From IMG/VR virus record IMGVR_UViG_3300027740_000003, positions 288,001 to 352,000 of that record: 64,000 nucleotides of DNA; one strand, given 5' to 3'. The notes beneath the pieces are model-generated. The model was given only the letters and a program-made list of their open reading frames with translations. It was not told the DNA's origin and searched no databases. How positions within the stretch are numbered: the first letter of the stretch is position 1; every line of letters begins with the position of its first letter. The stretch comes from a virus. Taxonomy: Duplodnaviria > Caudoviricetes. Of the stretch, positions 28,612 through 38,757 are shown piece by piece. Both the position numbers and the translations under genes were made by a program.

Positions 28612-30431
28612 ATCCTCTCCATTGCAAACTTTCTTCTTTCCCTATCTATCTTTTCTTCTTTAATAATACTAAATTTAGACTTTCCTTCTTTTATTGTTGA
28701 AATAACGGGGCATTTGTAATTATTTAAAAATGCTTTCGATATTATTATATCAATAGCTTGAACAGCATCTTTAATATAATTTATGTCTCCAGTTGTATTA
28801 CAATTAACCTCTACACTATTATTATTAACACAAATATCAGTATCAGCATCTATTGTTCTTGAAATTGCATTAGATAATATATAAGCGTATTCAATCATTG
28901 AAGAAAGTTTATCTGCTTTTATTTTTATATTAATATCATTTCTGGGAAGAATTTTATCACTAATTGCATTAACAACCATTTCTGTTAAATTATTTGCCAC
29001 TAATTTAATTCCTAAAGCTTGTTCTAATTCTGCAAGTTCATTATCTGGTTCGGAATTATTTCCAATAATTCTATTAAGCTCTTTTAGATAAGCCTCTGGT
29101 TTTGCTGTATAATAACCTTGTTCATGTAATTTATAAACAAAATCTTCTACATTTCCTTGCGCCGCAGCTTCTAATGCTGGTCTAAATCTTTTTGTTAATG
29201 TTCCAAGATAAAATGCCAAACCTTCATCAGGTGTATCAAAAGCCCTAAAATAACACATCGGATGTCTTTCTGTAAATTTATAAGATTTTCCATTTAATCT
29301 TTCGCCACAAGGATAACTTGTCCACTTCCCAGACTTCGGAGACGCCTTTATATTTCCAAAATTATAATTATACATAGAACGGAAATTCCCCGTTTCCAAT
29401 GAAACCTGTCCCCATAATATATTAATACCCTCTTCTGACATTGGAATATCAGGAATAACTTTTTGCCATATATTTCTTATTGAATTTATAAATTCTTCTT
29501 TAGAAAAAGTTGTTTTCTTAGGAGAAATATAATTAGCTCTATCATATTGTGCTTTTCTTTGTTTTATTCCTTCGGTTGATAAATACCAAGGTTGTGTTTG
29601 AGCCATTGCTTTCTTTGGTTCCGGCTTAACTCTAGCTTTTGCCCTTGGTCCTTCTCCGACTGGAATTATTGTTCCAATTTTTTGAAATACCCTTCTTTCA
29701 CTTGGTATTGTTTTATTATATTTCTGATCCACAACAAATACTTCTACTTGCAATGACAACGGAAGATCAGGTACAGTAAATACAACTGATTGCACATAAT
29801 ATATATAATCACCAGCTAAATTTTTCTTATCATCTGATGTTTCTCTTTCAAATACTTTTACAACTTGCCCTGCTGCTACAGCCTCTTTAAATTCTTTCCA
29901 AAATTGTGGATTTTGAACAACTTTTTCAGCCTCAATAGGCATAGCATATGGATCGTTTCCAATAGATAAAAATCTAACAAATCTCTGATGCGCATTCCGT
30001 TTAAATCCTTCACCAATAACAAGGTTGTCCATTCCAAGAACATCATTAATATTTAATATTCCTTCTGGAAAACCTTCTTTATGTTTTGTATTTGGAACCA
30101 CAGCTTCTGTAGCTTCTTCTGATAATTTATCTAGTTCTTTACTTAAATATGAAGCGTTGTGTTTTATTTCTTCTAATGCTTGATTGTATTTGTCAACATC
30201 CCCGTTTTCTATTGATAAATTAATTTGTTCAAGATATTTATCTAAATTTTTTAAATAAGAACTTATTTGAGCAGAATCATTTTTCAACTGATTTACTCTT
30301 TCTCTGTAAGCAGGGTCTGTAAGGCTTTTTAACCAATTCTGAATTCTTTGCAAAACTCCAGCAACCTTGACAACCTGTTTGTCATCAAGCGCATTTAATT
30401 CAATTGCTGCATTTTTAATAATCTCATTCAT
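28608..30431 (-). CDS. Virion protein with GH73/FlgJ-like peptidoglycan hydrolase domain
   Basis: ILWGQVSLETG...YNYNFGNIK...YFRAFDTPDEG...QGYYT matches the catalytic Glu and YxT motifs. Start at MNEII overlaps the upstream stop. Confidence 0.65.
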   Translation of the reverse strand: MNEIIKNAAIELNALDDKQVVKVAGVLQRIQNWLKSLTDPAYRERVNQLKNDSAQISSYLKNLDKYLEQINLSIENGDVDKYNQALEEIKHNASYLSKELDKLSEEATEAVVPNTKHKEGFPEGILNINDVLGMDNLVIGEGFKRNAHQRFVRFLSIGNDPYAMPIEAEKVVQNPQFWKEFKEAVAAGQVVKVFERETSDDKKNLAGDYIYYVQSVVFTVPDLPLSLQVEVFVVDQKYNKTIPSERRVFQKIGTIIPVGEGPRAKARVKPEPKKAMAQTQPWYLSTEGIKQRKAQYDRANYISPKKTTFSKEEFINSIRNIWQKVIPDIPMSEEGINILWGQVSLETGNFRSMYNYNFGNIKASPKSGKWTSYPCGERLNGKSYKFTERHPMCYFRAFDTPDEGLAFYLGTLTKRFRPALEAAAQGNVEDFVYKLHEQGYYTAKPEAYLKELNRIIGNNSEPDNELAELEQALGIKLVANNLTEMVVNAISDKILPRNDINIKIKADKLSSMIEYAYILSNAISRTIDADTDICVNNNSVEVNCNTTGDINYIKDAVQAIDIIISKAFLNNYKCPVISTIKEGKSKFSIIKEEKIDRERRKFAMERI

Positions 30432-33060
30432 CCAATAGTTCCTGAGCTTTTGCAAGAAGTTGACAGCTTAACTCTTCATCTTTATCTTCAATAACTTCTG
30501 AATATTGAAGCATCATTTGTGCCATAAGATAAGGGTCATTTAATTCGGCAGCTTTTTGTAAACGATTATAAAATCGCCTATTGGCAAGCTTTAGAACAGC
30601 ATTGTCTACTGTTGCTGTGATTGATGTCTGTGTTTCTACTTTGCTAAAATTCATTACACTCCTTAAATCTTCTCTGCTCCACACATACGCAGCAACTGAT
30701 TTATTTTTTCTGTCTGCTTTTTCTAATGCGGAATTGGCAATTCCTCCATCAGCAGTTAAAATTGTTTCTTTTCCAAAATAACTTTGGAAAGCGGCACTAG
30801 CAGACATCAACTCTGCTCCCGTAAATTGTCCCCTTACCCAGATAACAACAACATCTGCATCTTTTGCTACAATATTAGATTGAGACGTTTTTGTAAAATT
30901 GTCAATATTTTCAATGTTAACTGTTGCAATCAAATTTTCATATTGAGCCTTTCCTGGCTCAAGAACTTTAGCCTCATCCCATGCATCATTTTTTGGAACC
31001 TCTTCCTTTTTTGGAGCCTTTATTGGCTCCACTTTTTTAGGCTCAACTTTAGCAACAGGCTCTTCTTTTGAAGGCTCCTCTTTTTTTGGAGGCTCAACTT
31101 TAGCAACAGGCTCTTCTTTTGGAGTTTTATTTTTTACAATTTTAAATATTTCTCGTAGCTTTGCTTTAGTATCTTTTGTCAACTTCTTTTGTAAAAGATC
31201 AAATGCTTCTTTGGGGAATATATTTTCTCCTTCTTCCGGATCTATTCCAAGAACATAATATTCTGCATTTGGATAATCTTTCTTTACCCTCCTATCAGAT
31301 GCTGTCATTACATTTACCGGTTTACCTAAAGATTTAGACAAAGTCTCTATGGCCTTTTTTTCATCTGCCCTCTTTATATTTGAAAATATAATTATTCTAT
31401 CAGAACCAACGTCTTTTTTAACTTCTTTTGGCGAAACGTTTGGTTGAACCTCTTTAATTTCAGTAGCTTTTGTCGGCTCTTCTTTCTTTGGTTCCTCCGG
31501 CTTTCCTGGCAACAAATTTGGCTCTTTTTCGGCAGCAATGGCTGGCGGCTCTTCTGTTTTTAATTTTTCTAACACAGTTGTGGCTTCTTCAACAGGAATT
31601 TCTATTCCTTCAACTGATACGACTCCATCTTCAACAGATCCTACAATATTACCATCAGAATCTTGAACAGTTTCGTTCTCGCCTTTATTTTCTACAGCAG
31701 CCTCTAGTACGTCAATTACATTCAGTATCTGAAGCTGACCCATCTGATCAATTTCATCAAGATATTTTCTTGTTGTTAAATCAAATGGTTGATTTTCTTC
31801 TTGTTCTGTGGTAGGTTCAGAGGTTGTATTTTCTACAACAGGCTCTTTTTTCACAGAATCATAATCTAGACCAACCATTTTGAAAGCCTCTCTCATTTCT
31901 TCTTCCGACTTTCCTTTGGTTTTTAAATATGAATAAAGCTGATTAGGATCTACACCAAATGTCTCTTGAACCTTCTTTGGAGGTCTTCCTGGCCCAGGCA
32001 ATGGCTCTGATTTGTTGAATGGCCGCTTTGTTTCGGCAGGTTCATCCGGAGGAGGGAAATAATCATCTTCTAAAATAGATTCACGAGATTGTGAAACCGG
32101 AACGCCAGGAACAGCTTTTCCAGCCGGAGCACCAACTCCACCACTCTCAACAGAAGACTGTGGAACTGTTGGTTGTTTTTTTTGTTCTTGGTGTCTATGA
32201 ACCATATCTAACATTAGATCTGCAAGAGCCTTTCCAGAAACATCTCTGCCTAATGTTTGAACTCTTTCATCTTGTTCGTTCTGTTTCGCAACATCAATTA
32301 TTGGCTGAATAGCTGTAAATGCTTTTAATACGTCATTGCCATATTGTGGTTGCAGTTTAGCAATTTCATCCAATCCAGCAATCCAATCACCAATCATTCC
32401 TTTGGTCCTTGCCATTCCCATTCTATCAAATATAGCAAGCATATTTGTGGCAAATTGCTCAGCTTTATTCACCGCGTTCTCTACCGGGCCCCGAAACTTC
32501 TTTATCTCATTTTGCCAACTCTTCTGTAAAGGATCTCCAAACAAAGATCTATACATTCCTTGCAAAAACTGTGCTTCTTTCTTTATTTCCACACAGTTAT
32601 CAGAAATTATTTCGGCAGCTTTCTGTTGTGATGCTTGGTGTCCTCTTAAAACCTCCATATAATCCATTGCTTGCGGATTATATTGTTTTCCATATTGCCT
32701 ATATAATGCAGATCTAAGTGTTTTAACAACATCTGAGGAGCCTGCTAATATTTCTTGAGCAATTACGTTTACAACCGCTGCATAATATAAAGCATCAATT
32801 AGTCTATTTTCTTTTAAAGCCTTTTTGGATTCAACAATAGCATCTCTAACACTAATATCTATAGCAGAATCTTTTCCAAGAGCTATTGCACGAACAACAT
32901 CATCAGCTGCCCTTAGCTGTTCCATCATATCTTTATAATTGGAAAATAGCCATTCGGACACACCTCTTCCCGCACCGCTTAATGGATTAGTTAAATGTGT
33001 TCTCCACTTCTTATATTCCTGAGCATTTATAATTAAACCATTCCTGGCAAATTTTTCCAT
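30424..33060 (-). CDS. Large head-module protein with P/E/K-rich linkers
   Basis: 878 aa, AGGAG RBS; MEKFA and IKKEAQ sites; KEEPVAKVEP duplicated. Confidence 0.65.
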   Translation of the reverse strand: MEKFARNGLIINAQEYKKWRTHLTNPLSGAGRGVSEWLFSNYKDMMEQLRAADDVVRAIALGKDSAIDISVRDAIVESKKALKENRLIDALYYAAVVNVIAQEILAGSSDVVKTLRSALYRQYGKQYNPQAMDYMEVLRGHQASQQKAAEIISDNCVEIKKEAQFLQGMYRSLFGDPLQKSWQNEIKKFRGPVENAVNKAEQFATNMLAIFDRMGMARTKGMIGDWIAGLDEIAKLQPQYGNDVLKAFTAIQPIIDVAKQNEQDERVQTLGRDVSGKALADLMLDMVHRHQEQKKQPTVPQSSVESGGVGAPAGKAVPGVPVSQSRESILEDDYFPPPDEPAETKRPFNKSEPLPGPGRPPKKVQETFGVDPNQLYSYLKTKGKSEEEMREAFKMVGLDYDSVKKEPVVENTTSEPTTEQEENQPFDLTTRKYLDEIDQMGQLQILNVIDVLEAAVENKGENETVQDSDGNIVGSVEDGVVSVEGIEIPVEEATTVLEKLKTEEPPAIAAEKEPNLLPGKPEEPKKEEPTKATEIKEVQPNVSPKEVKKDVGSDRIIIFSNIKRADEKKAIETLSKSLGKPVNVMTASDRRVKKDYPNAEYYVLGIDPEEGENIFPKEAFDLLQKKLTKDTKAKLREIFKIVKNKTPKEEPVAKVEPPKKEEPSKEEPVAKVEPKKVEPIKAPKKEEVPKNDAWDEAKVLEPGKAQYENLIATVNIENIDNFTKTSQSNIVAKDADVVVIWVRGQFTGAELMSASAAFQSYFGKETILTADGGIANSALEKADRKNKSVAAYVWSREDLRSVMNFSKVETQTSITATVDNAVLKLANRRFYNRLQKAAELNDPYLMAQMMLQYSEVIEDKDEELSCQLLAKAQELLDE

Positions 33061-33110
33061 AAGACTCTCCTACATATTAGACGAAAATAATACCAGGAAA
33101 AATTTGCTAA

Positions 33111-34955
33111 TTATACCGGTGGAGCAGGTGGACCTCCTGCTGGCGGACCGCCTAAACCTCCACCCCCTCCCATCGGTGGAGGAGACGTTAATCCTCCCCC
33201 TAATCCACCACCAAGGCCTCCTCCGCCTCCTAGTCCCATATCCATTCCACCACCTAATCCCCCAGCTCCACCAGGTGGTTGAACAGCTTGATCATATGCT
33301 GTCTCTCCAGGCAACGGACTATCTATAATCTCCTGAATCTCATCATCATCACCAATGCTTCGGAGATCATTAAGCCCCATCCTTTGAAGGGCCTCCATCT
33401 CCTTGGCCTGTATAATTAACTCTATATTCTCTCTTCGAATATGCCTTACCTCTTCCTCATACTCTAGTCCAAGAGATTTATACATTGTCTGCAACGAAAC
33501 TTTCCTAGGTTCCTGTTGAATTAAATTATATAAATTCTGAATATAATCACCCATATCAAATAATGACATGTGATTCCACTCAACATCAGGAACAATAAGC
33601 CTTTTCTGTCCATCAACAATATCATAGAAATCATTCATTTTAGATATTGGAGCAAATATTTTTCTGCGCAACCATGTGCTTAACATGTTTCTGAATTGCA
33701 TATATCTCTGTCTTAATACGTCTAAAGATACCCCTCCATTCGCATACGTCACGTCTGCCCCACCATCCATAATAACCTGTGGAACCATCAGTCCTATATA
33801 AATCAACTTAATAAGCCGTTCAATATCACCAGAAATATCATAAATGCCAGCACCAAAACCAACAGGCTCAACTGATACCGCATCATGTGTAAATATCTTA
33901 AAATCCTTAGAATAACTTGCCTCTTCGAATACTTGACGCCATGGTTCAAGATCTGCCGGTGTTGGTTTGTAATTTTCTCCACCACCACCTATCTTTATTA
34001 ATGTGAGCGGGTTGATAAACTGTGAAGCCTGTACATATTTTGACTCATAAAGCTGGTCAAAAAGCATTAAAGCTCTAAAACAACTTACTGGCAATCCGGT
34101 TCCTCTTACCTCATAAGGAGCTATCCTCCTAGCAATATGAGATACATAAAAATTGCTTAAAGGAATATTTTCTCCTTTTCTAACATGTTCTATAATGCTA
34201 GGGTCGATCTGTTGTCTCTGATATAAATCAGACGGCCTATTGCCAGTTATTATCTTCCTTAAATTCTCATCCGGCCTTAAAGACATAACCGGTTCACCAG
34301 CAATTACATTGCGCCTAACATCTATAAAATCAGGATTCTGAATTGTTATTCTACTCCATTTTGCAGTATTTTGATCTAATTCTGCATAAGGAAATGCTTC
34401 ACCTAGAGTCCAATATTCTTGTGCTATTTGCGTACATACATTCATTAAATCTATTTCATCAATCATATTTTCAAAAAATGCATTAACTTTAGAATTTTTA
34501 CATTTTATATTTAATTTAGATATAGGATAGGTAGAATGTAAAGAAATAGCATTTTGAACAATAGGATTTAATGCAAAAAAACTTCTACACCAAGCATTAA
34601 TTGTTGCTTTATCTCTTGGCAGGTTTAGGTTGCTAAGCAGCCAAAGAGGAGAATAAACCTCGGGCATCATTCTATCAGTGCCACCAGAACCACGATATCC
34701 AGATCCAGTTCCTGAATTTGAATCAAATACTCCCGCAGTTTTTACCCTAGATCCAAGAACTGTTCCTAATGTTGTTTTATTAAACTCATCTGTAAAATTT
34801 CTACCTACAGGATCCCCACGAAACTTTCCCGACTCAATTTCTTCCTCTAAAACTTCTCTACGATATTGAGATACAGAACGCGCCATCCTCTCTGTAGCCT
34901 GTGGAGATACTCCTTTCTTCTTTGCTAAATATTGCTCAGAATTTGTTTTGATCAT
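33111..34955 (-). CDS. Portal protein
   Basis: Position between terminase and head genes; INAWCRSFFALNPIVQNAISLH, QEYWTLGEAFPY and YEVRGTGL resemble portal motifs of large phages; G/P-rich C-terminal tail. Confidence 0.7.
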   Translation of the reverse strand: MIKTNSEQYLAKKKGVSPQATERMARSVSQYRREVLEEEIESGKFRGDPVGRNFTDEFNKTTLGTVLGSRVKTAGVFDSNSGTGSGYRGSGGTDRMMPEVYSPLWLLSNLNLPRDKATINAWCRSFFALNPIVQNAISLHSTYPISKLNIKCKNSKVNAFFENMIDEIDLMNVCTQIAQEYWTLGEAFPYAELDQNTAKWSRITIQNPDFIDVRRNVIAGEPVMSLRPDENLRKIITGNRPSDLYQRQQIDPSIIEHVRKGENIPLSNFYVSHIARRIAPYEVRGTGLPVSCFRALMLFDQLYESKYVQASQFINPLTLIKIGGGGENYKPTPADLEPWRQVFEEASYSKDFKIFTHDAVSVEPVGFGAGIYDISGDIERLIKLIYIGLMVPQVIMDGGADVTYANGGVSLDVLRQRYMQFRNMLSTWLRRKIFAPISKMNDFYDIVDGQKRLIVPDVEWNHMSLFDMGDYIQNLYNLIQQEPRKVSLQTMYKSLGLEYEEEVRHIRRENIELIIQAKEMEALQRMGLNDLRSIGDDDEIQEIIDSPLPGETAYDQAVQPPGGAGGLGGGMDMGLGGGGGLGGGLGGGLTSPPPMGGGGGLGGPPAGGPPAPPV

Positions 34956-35056
34956 GAACTATCCTTTGTTTTAAAACATAGATTACCTTTTGATATAATC
35001 TCAAGGCTTTTTAATTCGGACAATTCCTGACCGAATACTGTCTCTAATCCTTTTAT
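34939..35056 (-). ncRNA. Cognate omegaRNA overlapping the tnpB 3' end; guide would be the first bases of the portal gene
   Basis: Established TnpB architecture; ATTCGG/CCGAAT stem; homology to the copy at 25415-25517 fixes the scaffold end at AGTTCA. Confidence 0.7.
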
Positions 35057-36130
35057 CAATATATTCTTAGCTGCGTTTATATCTCTATCATGCAATGTTC
35101 CACATGTGGAACATTGCCATTCCCTATCAGAAAGAGATAACTCTTGATGAATCTTTCCACAAACATGACATCTCTTTGAACTTGGTTCAAATCGATTGAT
35201 TTGAACCAATGTTCTTCCATACCATTTTGCTTTATATTTCATCATTGCAACAAATTTGCTCCAAGAAACATCTCCGATGTTTCTTGACATTACTGAAGGA
35301 GATTTCTCCAAAAGAGATTTTACATTAAGATCTTCTAAACATATTACGTGGTTATTGTTAATAATATTAGAAGATAATTTATGTAAGAAATCATCTCTTT
35401 TATTGCAAATCTTTTCATGTAATAAAGCAATTCTTAGTTTTAGTTTGTTATAATTATTTGATCCTTTTATTTTGTTAGATAATAATTGTTGTAATCTTTC
35501 TAAATGTTTTAGTTCTTTATTATAGAATTTAGGATTATCTATTTTAGAACCATCAGAAAAAGTAGTAAAAGTTTTTATACCTAAATCTATTCCTATATAA
35601 TTTGGACCTAAAGTCTTTTCAGGAAGTTTATTTCCGTCCTCAACTAGAATAGAAATGAAATATTTATCAGTAGGTGTTTTAGAGACAGTACAAGTTTTAA
35701 TTTTTCCCTCAAATCTTCTATCAATTCTTGCTGCAATATTTTTAATTTTTGGCAATTTAATAATGTCTTTTGAGAAATTTACTTTAACTCCTTGAGGAAT
35801 TGAATAAGATTGTTTTAAATATTTATTTTTAAATCTAGGGAAAGAAGTTCTTTTCTCAAAAAATCCTTTATAAGCCCAACACATATGTCCAACCTCTTGT
35901 TGAAGAGCTTGCGATGAAACATCATATAACCAACTATATTCATTTTTAAGATCTTTTAAAAATCCAGAAATAATATCAAAACATGATAGGTTAATTTTAT
36001 TTTTATTATAAGTTTCTCGCTTGGCTTCTAAAGTTTTATTATAAACAAATCTACAACAACCAAAAGTCTTCGCAAAGAAAACTTTTTGTTCTTTAGTAGG
36101 ATAAAGTCTATATTTATAAGATTTTAACAT
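34952..36130 (-). CDS. tnpB: TnpB RNA-guided endonuclease (IS200/IS605 family, IS1341-like)
   Basis: KSYKYRLYPTKEQ...FGCCRFVYN N-terminus; RuvC residues intact (IGIDLG, CLEDL, DRDINAAKNI); CxxC...CxxC zinc ribbon. Confidence 0.93.
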   Translation of the reverse strand: MLKSYKYRLYPTKEQKVFFAKTFGCCRFVYNKTLEAKRETYNKNKINLSCFDIISGFLKDLKNEYSWLYDVSSQALQQEVGHMCWAYKGFFEKRTSFPRFKNKYLKQSYSIPQGVKVNFSKDIIKLPKIKNIAARIDRRFEGKIKTCTVSKTPTDKYFISILVEDGNKLPEKTLGPNYIGIDLGIKTFTTFSDGSKIDNPKFYNKELKHLERLQQLLSNKIKGSNNYNKLKLRIALLHEKICNKRDDFLHKLSSNIINNNHVICLEDLNVKSLLEKSPSVMSRNIGDVSWSKFVAMMKYKAKWYGRTLVQINRFEPSSKRCHVCGKIHQELSLSDREWQCSTCGTLHDRDINAAKNILIKGLETVFGQELSELKSLEIISKGNLCFKTKDSS

Positions 36131-36204
36131 TTTTTAAATTTTTACCAATTTATAGAAATATACAAAAATATTAATTATATAAATTTTGCACTTGGGGTTG
36201 ATCA
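34955..36204 (-). mobile_element. tnpB-only IS200/IS605-type element inserted at the portal start codon
   Basis: Bounded by two copies of ATGATCAA on the minus strand (36198-36205 and 34948-34955); ends in TAGTTCA; no tnpA in the window. Confidence 0.7.
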
Positions 36205-36233
36205 TAATTATATGCCTCAATATCTATATAACA

Positions 36234-38108
36234 TCACCTGAACGGACAATAACCGACAATTGCAGGAATTTTCTCCGGCCCTCTCTTGTCAAATGGTCCT
36301 TTCTTATTATCAGAAAATCCTCCTGATACCCAGAATTTATATGCCAAATAAGCATTAACCAAAGCCATCATGCCGTCATTTGGCGTAGATCCTTTAATAA
36401 ATCTCCTAACAGGCTCGTTTACCACGTTAAATGTAGTTTTTACTTCCATTGAAGCACAATGGTCTATTAACCAAGATATCTTGTCATATCCAGAATTTTC
36501 CCCTCTAGCTCCACCCAATGGAAATCTTATTAACCCACGTTTCATTACATTAAATACTTCTTCAATATAATATTCTCTTTCTGCTTTTATTAAATGAGGA
36601 AATGAATCTGTATATAATTTAGCTTTACCAGTTAATTTCCCTGCAAGTTCACAACCAAGGAACCTGTCTCCATATTCTCTCTGCAAATCTTCTGTAAGTT
36701 CATGGGCAAATCCAATATCTCCTATGGCCTGGACTATACTGTATTTCCTCATAACTTCATGAATATAATTTCTTTTATATTCATTGTCATTTTTTTTAAC
36801 AATTCCAGCATAATCAATAACTAATCTTCCAGGACCGTCTTCTCTTAAAACAACACAAGTAGAATAAGATTGACCACCTGCTCTTCTTGCCTCTTCTTTC
36901 CCAACCTGATCTTCATCAGATCTCTTTCCCCAGTCAAATCCGGCAAATACTTTTGCTTCCTCAGACCTTGGTATAGTTGCCCGCATACATCTCTTCGAAT
37001 CTCCACATTTTTCAATAATTTCTTCTTTTGAAATCGGACCCATATCACCAGTATAAAATTCTCCCAAAACCTCATTCATATAAGCCCGCTCCGTGTTAAC
37101 AAGGCTTTTTTCCGGTTTTTCATCATCCATTGCTTCTCTGGTAAATCGAGGATTATAAAGCTGATTAATGTGATACCCAATCATAGAAACGTTAGGATCG
37201 TCATCGTCTCTGGTTCCTATCCATTTGCCCCTTTCTGCTGCTTCTCTTTTATCTTGAATATGATTGCATTCTGGACACTGAACCATAAATCCATAAATCC
37301 ATATCTTTTCCCAATCATTGCTTCCTGGTGTATAAAGTGGAAAATGTTTGCCACAATTTTCACAACCAAGATAATAATATTTCTGACTAGACTCTGTCCA
37401 CATTTTATAATAATGAGAGCTTTTGCTTCTTGGGGTACCAAAATAAACCTGTACTCCTTTTGTTGGCTTTCCATATTGAGCCTGAGTACACATCTTATTT
37501 ATATTCGCAATGGCAGTCTGCATGATTGACTGAATCTCATCAAAAAGAATAATATCAACGGTACCACCCATCAACCTGTCCCCATCAATTCCAGTAGACT
37601 CAATACGAACGAAATTACCACCTTCAAATTGTTTATACTGCAACGAATTATTTGTTGGAGACGTCTTGTCTAATTTGGATTCAATAATAGAAATAGACCT
37701 AGATCCTTTGGTTAAACCAGAAGGAATAGATCCTTTAATCATTGAATTGAATTTGGTTTTTGCATATAAATGAACGTGAACCAATGTTGGGAACAAATGA
37801 ATAACTCTTACTGGTGGCTTTCCTCCCCGGCCAAATATACCAGATGCCATAAAATAAAGTTCAAGTGCCGCGGCCATGGTTGTTGCTCCAACCTGCCGTC
37901 CCTTGACCAATATAATAGGTTTTGAATTAGCGCTTAGGGCACTTATGCCTATCTGCCTATAGATGTCTGCAAATGGCTTGTAGCCGTTCCCATGCACTCT
38001 GAATGGAAATCCGTCTAATGTAAGGTTCTGTTCACAGAACATAACAGGGTCTACACTTGAAATCCCTGATTTTAATTGTTCGAATACATTTATTTCTTTT
38101 TGTTGCAT
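36234..38108 (-). CDS. terL: Terminase large subunit
   Basis: KGRQVGATT Walker A, LFDEIQ Walker B, FGTP motif III, CxxC...CxxC, and AGFDWG nuclease Asp. Confidence 0.9.
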   Translation of the reverse strand: MQQKEINVFEQLKSGISSVDPVMFCEQNLTLDGFPFRVHGNGYKPFADIYRQIGISALSANSKPIILVKGRQVGATTMAAALELYFMASGIFGRGGKPPVRVIHLFPTLVHVHLYAKTKFNSMIKGSIPSGLTKGSRSISIIESKLDKTSPTNNSLQYKQFEGGNFVRIESTGIDGDRLMGGTVDIILFDEIQSIMQTAIANINKMCTQAQYGKPTKGVQVYFGTPRSKSSHYYKMWTESSQKYYYLGCENCGKHFPLYTPGSNDWEKIWIYGFMVQCPECNHIQDKREAAERGKWIGTRDDDDPNVSMIGYHINQLYNPRFTREAMDDEKPEKSLVNTERAYMNEVLGEFYTGDMGPISKEEIIEKCGDSKRCMRATIPRSEEAKVFAGFDWGKRSDEDQVGKEEARRAGGQSYSTCVVLREDGPGRLVIDYAGIVKKNDNEYKRNYIHEVMRKYSIVQAIGDIGFAHELTEDLQREYGDRFLGCELAGKLTGKAKLYTDSFPHLIKAEREYYIEEVFNVMKRGLIRFPLGGARGENSGYDKISWLIDHCASMEVKTTFNVVNEPVRRFIKGSTPNDGMMALVNAYLAYKFWVSGGFSDNKKGPFDKRGPEKIPAIVGYCPFR

Positions 38109-38118
38109 CTTTACCTGC

Positions 38119-38757
38119 TCACTTGGAAGCAGGCATCAAACTCATAAATGCATCGTCTTGTGGAACATCTTCCTTTCCTACATTCTTTCCTAGATAAGGA
38201 CTCTGAACCGCAGGTGATACCATTGACCTGGCTTCCAATATTAAATTACTTAGAAATTCTTCAACTTCTACCGTCCTGACATCAGACGGGTCTACCCTAA
38301 ATAAATGCTCAATATCATGCTGTAGTTGTGGAACTGAGGCCGATAATCCATGAACATTATCTATATAGTTCTTGATATATGTTATTATTGTATTAAAATC
38401 ATATTTTTTTAATGACTCTGGAACCTCATCTTCTTCCATTATCTGAGCTACAATCTTTTTAAATTTATTGCTATCATCCTGCTGTATTTTGCTAAGATAT
38501 GAATTTAACCCAGTCCTGTTCCTCATGTCTTCTACAGCATCATCTACAGTAGCATAGCGAGGTTTTGTTGCTTTTATATTGTTTATTTCACTAACAATAG
38601 ATTGACGGCTTCTAGCCTGTTCAACAGCGCTATGTTGCTGTCTAGCCATTTGATCAACAACTCGATGCATCCATGGTGTTAGATTATCATAGCTCTCTTT
38701 CTCATAGCCAGAATCTTCATCACTAATTCTATTTACTCCAGAATATCCTCTAGGCAT
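38119..38757 (-). CDS. Hypothetical head-module protein
   Basis: 212 aa in the operon upstream of terL. Confidence 0.6.
   Translation of the reverse strand: MPRGYSGVNRISDEDSGYEKESYDNLTPWMHRVVDQMARQQHSAVEQARSRQSIVSEINNIKATKPRYATVDDAVEDMRNRTGLNSYLSKIQQDDSNKFKKIVAQIMEEDEVPESLKKYDFNTIITYIKNYIDNVHGLSASVPQLQHDIEHLFRVDPSDVRTVEVEEFLSNLILEARSMVSPAVQSPYLGKNVGKEDVPQDDAFMSLMPASK

Noticed and set aside
31040-31120. 30-nt direct repeat encoding KEEPVAKVEP
   Set aside because: Ordinary slippage in a low-complexity linker, not CRISPR-like.
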